Part shown: positions 54,038-64,000 of the stretch, piece after piece
Numbering within the stretch: the stretch's first letter is position 1
Layout: every line of letters begins with the position of its first letter
Origin: Lama guanicoe
Taxonomy: Eukaryota
Assembly (NCBI GenBank): GCA_013239625.1
Contig: MU053792.1
Coordinates: 346,941 to 410,940 of the forward strand
Direction of reading: 5' to 3'
DNA: 64,000 bases
Made by a program: the position numbers and the translations under genes
The notes under the pieces: generated by a model
The model's input: only the letters and a program-made list of their open reading frames with translations
Database searches by the model: none
What the model was told of the DNA's origin: nothing

Positions 54038-54505
54038 TGTTGACTGAAATAAAGTCACACAACGTGAGAGCTGTGGTTCATTTGGGGCAACATGAGGACG
54101 ATAGCCCAGGAGACAGCATCTCAGAGAGCTCTGAGGAGCTGCTGCTCCTTGGGGGCAGGGAGAATTCAGTATCATACGTGATTTCAGTGAAGGAGGGGAC
54201 GTGCAATCAAGCACACATTTTGGCAGAGGCTGCTGCCAGTCACGAGGAGCAGACGTCACCATTAATGAATTTAGTGCTTTCCTAGACTGGAGGAGATGCA
54301 AGAATTTGGGCTCAGAAAATCTTCTAAAAATATCTAACTATCTGAAGGCCTGTTCTGCCAGTTTTCCAAGGTTTTCTAGTTTTCCTGCCTCATTCCTGAT
54401 CTCCACCCTGAACTCCTTTCAGGCTGTGTTGGGGGTCAGAGGTGGCAGAGGCTCATGGCCTAATCCAAGCAGCGGCAGGTGACAAGTGCCAATTTTTACT
54501 TGACA
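54038..54505 (-). mobile_element. Solo ERV1-class LTR with 4-bp TSD (gtaa)
   Basis: tgttgactg...ttgaca; gtaa at 54034-54037 and 54506-54509; the reverse complement ends cagtcaaca like the 11333 and 25374 copies. Confidence 0.92.
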
Positions 54506-54899
54506 GTAAATATAGCATTTTGAGTTTAATATATTAAATTAAATACTTCATGTATAAAGTTGATATTTATATATTTATAATGCATTTTTCTATTACTACA
54601 TAGTCTAATTATTTAAATGGTTTAATATATATTATGTAATAAATTAATAATTTCCTTATTACTGTATATTTAGTGTAAATTAGAAGCTTAAAATTACAAA
54701 TAAGACTGAGATTAAAACATTAATACATGTGGTTTACTCCATATTGGCTTATTTTTGTAGAATGGCTTCTGGAAATAGAGGTACTAAATCACATGACAGG
54801 GGATGTTTATGGTTCATTACATGGAGTGCTAAAATGCTTTCCATAACTGCTGCATATTTTACTCAGGCTTCAATCTGATGTTTTTCATATCTTGACATA

Positions 54900-56236
54900 A
54901 TTTTTAAATTTATTTTTTATTGAAGCATAGTAGATTTATAATGTTAGTTTCAGGTGTACAGCAAAGTGATTCAGTTACAATATACATACACATATATGTG
55001 TATCTTTTTCAGATTCCTCACCATTCAGCTCATTATAAGAAACTGAATAAAGTTCCCTGTACTACACAGTAGGTCCTAGTTGTTTATCTATTTTATATAT
55101 AGTAATGTGTATCTATTAATCTCAAATTACTAATCTATCCCTCCCTCTCTTTCCCTCCAGCTAAATCCAGTTCATTTTCTATGTCCATCAGTCTATTTCT
55201 GGTTGGTAAATGAAATGTTTTTTTTTGTTCTATGTATAAGTGACATCATATGATATTTCTCTTTCTCTGTCTCATTTACTTCACTTAATATGATAATCTC
55301 TAGGTCCATCCATGTTGTTGCAAATGGCATGATTTCATTCTTTTTTATGGCTGAGTAATATTCCATTATATATGTATAACACAGCTTCTTTACCTGGCCA
55401 TCTGTTGATGGACACTTAGGTTGTTTCCAAGCCTTGGATGTTATAAATAGGACTGTTACAAACATTGGAGTGCATGTGTCTTTTAAAATTATTGTTTTCT
55501 CCAGATATATGCCCATGAATGGAATTGCTAGATCACATGGTAAATCCATTTTCAGTAGACTTTTTAGTGATGGCCATTTTGACTGGTGTGATATGATACT
55601 CATTCTAGTTTTGATTTTCATTTCTCTAATAACTAGCAATATTGATCATCTTTTCATGTGTCTATTGGCCATCTAGATGTCTTCTTTGGAGAAATGTCTA
55701 TTTAAGACTTCTGCCCATTTTTTAATTGGGTTGCTTTTTTTTTTTTATGCTGTATGAGCTGTTTGTATATTTTGGAAATCAGTCCCTCGTTGGTCACATC
55801 ATTTGCAAATATTTTCTCACATTCTTTAGGTTGTCTTTTCAATTTTTATGGTATCCTTAGCTGTGCAAAACCTTTTAAGTTTTATTAGATATGATTTGTT
55901 TTTTCACTTTTATTTTACTCTAGGAGCTGGATTTAAAAAATTGCTGAAATTTATGTCAGAGTGTCCTGTCTATGCTTTCCTCTAGGAGTTTTATATTATG
56001 TAGGCTTACATTTATGTTCTTAATCCATTTTGAGTTTATTCTGTATATGGTGTTAGAAAGTTTTCTAATTTCATTCTTTTACATGTAGCTGTCCAGTTCT
56101 CCCAGCACCACTTATTGAAGAGACTGTCTTTTCTCCATTGTATAAGCTTGCCTCTTTTGCTGTAGATTAACTGACCATAAATGTGTGTGTTTACTTCTGG
56201 ACTTTCTATCTGGTTCCATTGATATATGTGTCTGCC
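54900..56236 (-). mobile_element. 5'-truncated LINE-1 (ORF2 C-terminus and 3'UTR)
   Basis: ORF 55193..55639 is the ORF2 C-terminus; probable TSD core atcttgac at 54889-54896 and 56237-56244; small internal deletion near 55552. Confidence 0.95.
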
Positions 56237-57860
56237 ATCTTGACCAGAAATTGATGTAATTTTTCTTCAGTTTAATTTTAATTTCAGAAATATGTTGGCT
56301 AACTTTGTAATATGGCTTTTGTAAAAGTTTTTAACAGCTGAAATATAAAGTAATCTTCTTCCATAGTCTTTTCAAACATGACACATTCTGTATTAATTCT
56401 ACCCAAATAAGCATAACCCAGAAAAAGTATGGGATAGGTATTTTTTAATTCATCTTTCTAAAAATTAAGTGAAATACGACTGGTGTTTGTAAAGATGGAT
56501 ACAGCAATGGTAAACTATTACAGCTGTGGCCTTTTATGATGCTCTAAGTTCCATATTTACTGTCAGGTCAGCATAACAGGTTTCTCCCATTGTCAGTCTA
56601 CCTCCCCATCTTTCCTATTTATAAGGGCTTAAGCTTTTTCATGCATCTCCCATCTAAGGACCATTTTGCCTCTGTATCACTACATCCCCTTTCTTTGTTA
56701 GAAATTACAGATGCAGACAACTCTCAGGATAGATTGCTTAACTAATGGGGATGATTATGATAGCAACATTAGTAATAACAAATAAATTTTTCCTAGTTGC
56801 TGATCTTAAATGGCAAATATTATGTCAACAATATATAAATTTACTAATTTAATTTCTACCACAATCCTTTCCACTGCACTCATGTAATAGAATACACTAT
56901 AACACAAATGTAATTTTCCTAACAAAGCACATTATATAAATGCTAGAAAAAGGATTTGAATACTCACCTTTCTTACCTCAAAGCAATGTTTTCAACAAAA
57001 TTTCTTCTGTTTTAGACAAATGATGTGTGATATTCAAATTAGACACAGAAATGTCTTGGCAATAATTTTGATCAGCCACCCATAGTCTACCGGTATTATA
57101 TTTAGGAGTCAAGTTTAGTAAAATTTCCTCCTACCAGAGGTGTTTGTGCTGTTCTAAAATGGTATTTATCCCCCAAAACAGTCTCAAAGCCAAGGTCACA
57201 ATATTTTTTTCTCAGTTGTTTAAACTATACATTTTTTCTTCATTTTATGGATGTTGCTTACAATTCTGTTAGCCTGGCTACTTCTACACAGATGATTCTC
57301 AGTTCCCTTCTGAATACCTCAGTCTTTTTCTTCCAACTATAAATACCATTCTCATCTCATCGGTTTGGAATCTGGCATGTCACGTTATCTTAATTAATGG
57401 AAGTAGAGAGTACAGTTCTTTTTTGCTCAGTATTCATCTTCTGCAATTGCATTTGTTCAACACTTATAAAAACAATCTCTGGGATTTCACAGTCAAGAAA
57501 CACTTGAGATAAAGTATAAGAAAGGGTTATGGCAATAATTTTTCTGTACCGTATCAAGTTGGGACTATATAACTTCTGTTCAAATTTGTGTCACAAAGAC
57601 AGTGTGCAGTTTCCAAAGGGCTTAAATTGTATGTGTGGGAAGTTAAGCCAAGGAAAATTTCAGCATAAAATGATGAAATGAAAATTAATTAATAATAAAG
57701 ATACTTACCTGAATGAAGCAACAAATTTACTCCAACAATCAAATATGGCAGAATTTCTTTGGCACAGAATCAGGACACTTAGACATTCTAAGATGATGGT
57801 CTCACCTGGATGATTGACATGTCTCAAATAGTGATCCTTGAAAGAAAGTTATCAATTTTC

Positions 57861-57902
57861 ATTCTCTCTCTTTCTCTTTCTCTGTCTTTCTCTCTCTCTC
57901 TC
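57861..57902. repeat. (CT)n-rich simple repeat
   Basis: Direct inspection. Confidence 0.85.
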
Positions 57903-58374
57903 AACATAAAACTAGATGAATATAAAATACAACTATTTTTTAGCATTGGAAAAGTGAGCAGTGCAAGACAGCAACAGCTGAAAGAAGGAACACATAAGAG
58001 GTGAGCCCTGTGGACATCCTGGCCCCTTGGGAATGATTTCCAGGACACAGTACAATGAAATGGGAACCAAGCAGTCAAGCGAATCTGAGTAGACAAAGAT
58101 CAGAGTTCAGGGCAGTTTAAGTGGCAACAACCATGGGGAAAGTTATTAGAGAAGAAGGAGATGTGTTTGTGGGAAGGAGAAGCAGAAACCTAAGAGTTAA
58201 GGGCAAAACTATTCAAGTTTACAAGAGATCAGCTTGTCTGACACTGAGAGCACACACACACACACAAAAGACATGAAAAAAAAATGAGAAAAAAAAAGAA
58301 GATGTGAAAGGTCAAGTTATACCTAGTTCTGGTACAAAGAAGTAGAAGGACATCTGTATAAGATAGCATTAAAA

Positions 58375-58749
58375 TATCAGGCATTCAGTGCTACAGCAGT
58401 ACTTACGGTATTTCTAAAGTCCTACATAAGAAGACAGTTCCCAAATTAACGGCCTCAGCCTCCACGCCAACAACTGAAGTCAGGAGAGCAAATAAAAACC
58501 CAATTAAGTAAATGAAAGTAAATAATAAAAATACAAATGGTAAGTAATAAAGTATAAAACAGAAAAATAAGGAAAATAAATAAACACAAAACCATCTTAT
58601 AAAAGTTTTAAAACTGATAAACCTTTAGCCAGATCAGGAAAAAAGATGAGACACCAAATATGAATATCAGGAATGAAAGCAGCAGCATCATTACAGATTC
58701 CACAAATATTAAAAGAATAACAAGGAAATAGCATAAAAAAATTTATACT
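58375..58749 (+). mobile_element. Old L1 ORF2 fragment (host of the 58750 insertion, continues at 61861)
   Basis: 'aaaactgataaacctttagccaga...atcaggaatgaaag...cattacagattccacaaatattaaaagaataa'. Confidence 0.85.
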
Positions 58750-61700
58750 GGGGACTGGCCGAGATGGTGGAGCAGAGAGACTCACAGCTCACCCCCTCCC
58801 ACAAACACACCAAGAATTACATCTACAGGCCCAGTGAATCGCACAGAACACCTACTGAACTCTGCCAGAGTGTCTCTTGCTTTGAAGTACAGGAGGATTC
58901 TCACAAAATTGGGTAAGATAAAAAAAGAAAAGAAAAAAGAAAAAAATCAGTGCAGGACTGATGCTGCAGGGAGGGAGAGGCATAGGAGGAAAGGCACCCT
59001 CACACTGGGATGCCTCCAGCAGACGGGAGGTCAGTGGGGACAGAAGCAGAGGTTCGGAGGCTCAGAGGAGAGAGTGGCAGCACTTGGCAGACAGAACTAG
59101 GGGAAACTGTCATGGAGGGTCCCTGCAATTCCCAGCCCTAGATGCCAGCTGGCAGGTAAGCCAGGACTGGCTGCTGGAGATCAGTGACAAGCCCAGAGAG
59201 GGGGCTGGGCCCACTGCACAGAGGCAGCCTCCGGGGACTGGAGGGCAGTGTGAGCTCTGGCTGGGGGTGTGTGCAGGTCAGAACAGTCTAGGAGCCCCAT
59301 AAAAAAGCACTACTGCTGGTGTGCCTGGTGGGGAGGGGCAGAATGCAGTTTCACATTAGCTGCTTTCTCCACTTGGCTCCACTGCTGGAGTGTTCTTGTG
59401 AGAAGAGAGGTGTGCTTCAGTCATAGCCATCACTGCTAGACAGAGACTGGGCTGAGAGCTGAATCCATACCCAGTGGCCCTGCAACTTCACAGGCGGGGC
59501 TGAGATTTGTTTAAAGCCCCAGGCAGAGAGGGTGGATTTGCTCTCTGGACTTTTGGTGGATCTGTGCCTCTGGGATGAACAGGCAGTGAGTGGAGTCGTG
59601 GTGCACGGTAGACAGGGGCGAGTATGGGTATTTACAACAGGCATACCGTGTGCCGTAAGTGGAGGTGAGGCTGGGGTCTGCACTGACCCTGTGGCGCACC
59701 ATGGATTCAAGTGTGTGACTGCTCACTCCCTATGGCAGGTTCTAGTGGTTGACATTGGCAGATATGCCCTGGTGGTTCCTGGGGCCCGGAACCTGGGGGA
59801 CACCAGAGTGGGTGGCTGATGTACCTGCATCTAAGGTGGGGACAAAGTAGCATCAACAAAGAATACTTTCTAAGCCTGCATAACAAGGGACAGACAACAC
59901 CGCACAGGGCACCTCCCAGTGGACATGTCCTGCGGAGGTACACTCAGTGACCCTTCTTCCCAGCTGAAGCACTCCAACCCTGCCCACCACACACCACAGC
60001 TCAGAAATGAGGTTAGAAGCCTCTATCTTGGCAACAGAGGGACAGACTGGGCCCCTGTCAAGGCTGTGACAACCACAGAACAAAAAAGGAGGCCCCACTC
60101 AACAACAACACTCAGGGCAGGCTCTGATCACAACAGCAACTGCACCCCAGTCAGAGGGATAACAGCCAACACACGTGGAAGAAAGACGTGGCGACCGTCC
60201 ACACTAATAATAGTCCTCTCAGCAAACCTGCTGCTGCACACCGTCTGCACAGGAACACCCCCACTTTAAATAAAAACAAATGAAAAATAAAACAGCCCTT
60301 CAAGACCACAGTAGATGACTGATGCTCCTAAATCCATAGAGCCAGGGAGATATAAGTAAAATGAAGAAGCAGAAGGAACCACCCCCAATTAAAAGAACAA
60401 GAGAAGTTCCCTGAGAGAATGAGCAATGATACAGACCTCAACAGTCTACTAGATCATGACCTCAAATAAGGGGTGATAAAAGCACTGAAGGAAATAGGAG
60501 AGACTGTGAATAGAGACAGAGAATACTGCAAAAAGGAAACAGAAACTATAAAGAGAAGCCAATTAAAAACAGAAGCTCAGTGGCTGAGATAAGACCTGAG
60601 CTAAAGATAGTCATGAGCAGACTAGATAATGCAAAGGAATGAGTAAGTGACTTAGAAGACAGGAGAACAGAAGTCACCCAATCAGAACAGCAGACGGAAA
60701 AGCAAGTAACAACCAATGAAAGCAATACAAGGGACCTATGGGATAATATAAAGCATGTCAGCCTACGCATAAAAGGGGTCCCAGAAGGAGAAGAAAGAGA
60801 AAATAGGATTGAAAAGGTATTTGAGGAAATCATGACTGAAAACTTTCCAAATCTAAAAAAGGAATCCAATGTCTAAGTACGGAAAGCACAGAGGGTCCCC
60901 AGCATGAAGAACCCAAACAGACCTACACCAAGACATATTGTAATTAAGATAGCCTAAGTTAAATAAATGATTCTAAAGGCAACAAGAGAAAAATAGTTAC
61001 AAGGGAACCCCCATAAGGCTCTCAGGTGATTTCTCTACACAAACACTCTAGCCGGAAGGGAGTGGCAAGATATATTCAAAGTCCTGAATGAGAAAAAGCT
61101 GCAAACTAGAATACTCTACCTGGCCAGTCTATCCTTTAGAGCAGAAGGAAAGACAAAGAATTTCACAGACAAGCAAAAACTAAAAAAATTCAGCAATATT
61201 AAACCTATGCTAAAAGAAATATTAAAAATGTCTACTCTAAATAGAAAAGCAGAAAGTTATAGAAGTGAGAAAACCATAATTAGAAATGTGATAACTACAA
61301 TGAGTTGTAAGAGAGTAAACATGAAGATGTTAAAAAAAAGGACATCAAAATCACAAAAGATGAGAGAGAGTAACAAGAAAATATAGACTTTTTTTTCTCT
61401 CTTTTTTTTCTTTTCTTTTTTTTCTTTCTTTTTTCTTTCTTTCTTTTTCATTCATTCTTCTTAGGATGTATTTGAGCCTACATGTTTAATAGTCTAAAGC
61501 ACACAGATACTAGTAAGGGGTTAACCTATTTGAAAAACAGGCTAACCACAAATCAAAGCATCAGACTCTCAGATACAGAGAACAAACTTACGGTTACCAG
61601 GGGGCCAAGGAGGTGGGAGGGGATAAATTGGGAATTAGAGATTTGCAGATACTAACAGATATATATATAGAGAATAGATAAACAACAAGTTCATACTGCA

Positions 61701-61860
61701 CAGCATAGGGAACTATATTTGATATCTTGTAGTAACTTATGGTGACAAAGAATATGAAAATGAATATATGTATGGTCATATGACTAAAGCACTGTGCTGT
61801 ACACCAGAAATTGACACAGCATTATAAACTGACTGTAGTTCAATAGAAATATATATATAC
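58750..61860 (+). mobile_element. ORF2-less L1 derivative (5'UTR + disrupted ORF1 + spacer + 3'UTR), half-L1/HAL1-like, 12-bp TSD
   Basis: TSD aaaaatttatac at 58737-58748 and 61861-61872; ORF1 ~60361-61242 with frameshift and stops; spacer joins the 3'UTR directly at ~61561. Confidence 0.85.
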
Positions 61861-64000
61861 AAAAATTTATACCAATAAATGTGATAATTTATGTCAAATG
61901 TAAAAATTGCTTGAAAGATAAAAATTACCAAAACTCCCTGAGATAGAAATAGGTGACCTAAAATCCCAATATCTATCAAAAAATTAAATTTATAGTTAAA
62001 GCCTTCCCACAAAGAAAACTGTACACCCAGATGGCCTCAGTGGTAAATTCTACATTTAACTTAAAAAATTATTCCTCAAAGACTCTCCCAGAAAATTGAA
62101 AGTAAAGCAATATATTTCAACTCATTTTATAAGATCTAAATTATCCTAACACCAAAATCTAACTACAGTCCAATATGCTTCATAAACACTGATGTAAAAT
62201 TTCTAAACAAAATGTTAGTAAACCAAATCCAGCAATATGGAAAAGAAATGATGCATCTTGATAAGGTGCAGTTTATTCCAGAACTGCAAGACTGGTTTAA
62301 TATCTGATAATTCATTGCTGTAAGGCACCACATTAAAAAATTAAAAAAGGAAAATCATCTGATTGCATCAATGATACAGATAAAACATTTTACAATGTCC
62401 ACTATCCTTTCAAGATAAAAACTTCCAGAAACCTTTAACCTTGTTAAACTAGACAAAAGTCATCTACAAAACACTTCAAGAAACAATATATCAACAAAGA
62501 ACATATGTTGGTAGCAAATAAGTACATGAAAAAATGCTCAACACAACTTCCCTTTTGGAAAATGGAAATTAAAACCACAATGAGACACCACTGCACAACA
62601 TTAGAAAGGCTAAAATTAAAAATGCAAAAAACAAAGTGTTGAAAAGGACGTGGAAGAACTGAAACTTGTATACAATATTGATGTAAATGTAAAATGGTAC
62701 AATTTTGGAACAGAGTTTGGAAATATCTTAACAATTAAACATGCAGCTACTATATCCACAAACCAAATCACTTAATAGTAATTGCTATTCAAGAGCACAT
62801 AGATTTTGTGTTTAGCAGACAAAGACTTTAAAGCAACTACTTCAATGAACTAAAGGAAAACATACTCAAAATATTAAAATATTATGATAATCAGTAAACA
62901 GGTAAGGAATATCAGTTTTGAAAAACTACTAAAATGTCCAAATTAATAGAAAAATTTCCCTAATTTAACTCAATGGTTGTTTGAAGTCAATAAATGTGTC
63001 AATGAAACAGAAGGCAGATGAATAGAAATGATTAAATCAGAGGGACAGAGTGACAGACTCTCAGAAACCTGTGAGAAACTATTAAATGGATGAATATAAG
63101 TGTAATTATATATCCAGAAGAAGTAAAGAATGAGGATGGGGAAAAAAACTGTGATGAAATAAAGCAAAGTACCAAGTTTGATTTTTTTAAATTATCTTAT
63201 TGATTCAAGAAACTCATGAAGCTCAAGTACGCTGAATACAAAGAAAACCTCATTTATAGACACGTAATTGTGAAGCTTCTGAAAATTTTTCAGAAAAAAG
63301 ATGAAAATGCCAAAATATTATTTCAAGTGCTAATATCTCTCACTAAAAAGTTGAAATAAAGACATTTGAGAGAAATGAAAGCTGAAGGAACCAACCAGTA
63401 GTAAACCTGCATTACAAGATATGCTAACAGAGACTCTTCAGACTGGAGGAAAATGATACCAAATAAAACCTTGGATCTACCAAAAAAAAATAAAGATCTT
63501 CAGAAATAATTAAAAATTGTGCTTTCTTCTTGTAATTTGTTTCTAAGTAATAACTGTTTAAAACATAACAACAGTGGCCGGTGGAGGTTACTACACATAC
63601 AGATGGAAAATACATGAAAACGAAAGTAGAAAAGAGGAAGTTGGGTAAATGAAATTAAGGTGTTACAGTTAAGGTTATATTTCCAAAGAAAGAAGCAAGA
63701 AATGCAAAAGATAAAATGTGACTTTAGCAAGTTAAATATTACTTTAAAAAAATATCACTGAGGGGTATTAAAAAGCATGCCTCGGGCTGATTAAAAATAA
63801 TTCTAATACAGATTTCTGGTAAGGACTTGAAACTAGAATATAAAAGTAATTTAATAAAAGCCAAATTAGACACCACTGCATCAATAAAGAATGTCTAAAT
63901 TAAAAAAAAAAAGATTAACAGTTCCAAGTGCTGGTGAAGATACAGTAACAAGAACCCTAATACATCACTAGCGGGAATGCAAAAGTATACAGCCTCTTCA
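61861..64000 (+). mobile_element. Old L1M fragments (ORF2 pieces, then ORF1-like and further ORF2 pieces)
   Basis: 'cacaaagaaaactgtacacccagatggcctcagtggtaaattctac', 'gaaattaaaaccacaatgagacaccact', and ORF1-like 62800-63460. Confidence 0.85.

Noticed and set aside
57280..57440. Minus-strand reading reminiscent of a degenerate IgV strand (NVT...NGIYS)
   Set aside because: Needs several stops and frameshifts, the rest of the domain is absent, and an ancient L2 remnant on the plus strand explains it equally well
58834..60269. Stack of overlapping 70-116 aa ORFs
   Set aside because: GC-rich L1 5'UTR with few stop codons; same applies to 40765-41677
1..64000. CRISPR arrays, tRNA/rRNA genes, CpG island, intact L1 or ERV
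   Set aside because: None seen; all retroelement frames are interrupted and the sequence is CpG-depleted mammalian DNA

Overview
AT-rich mammalian genomic DNA dominated by decayed retrotransposons. No intact protein-coding gene, RNA gene or CRISPR array is recognisable. Roughly half of the window is LINE-1, including nested copies, two 5'-inverted (twin-primed) copies, and one TSD-flanked copy that has 5'UTR+ORF1+3'UTR but no ORF2 (half-L1-like). The rest includes solo ERV1 LTRs with 4-bp TSDs, MaLR/ERVL LTRs, an ERVL pol remnant split by a MER21-like LTR, MIRs and microsatellites. The L1 3' ends look cetartiodactyl, and I saw no ruminant, pig or whale SINEs, so a camelid source is inferred but not proven. 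Most ORFs in the track are L1/ERV fragments, their antisense shadows, or chance ORFs. The non-repeat islands hold RFX X-box motifs (2.7-5.6 kb) and a plus-strand series of very short acceptor/donor-bounded segments (5.6-53 kb). These may be a microexon-rich, possibly testis-type gene or pseudogene; this is the most interesting signal and also the least certain. Repeat family names come from recalled consensus features, not a database search, and boundaries without a TSD are approximate.
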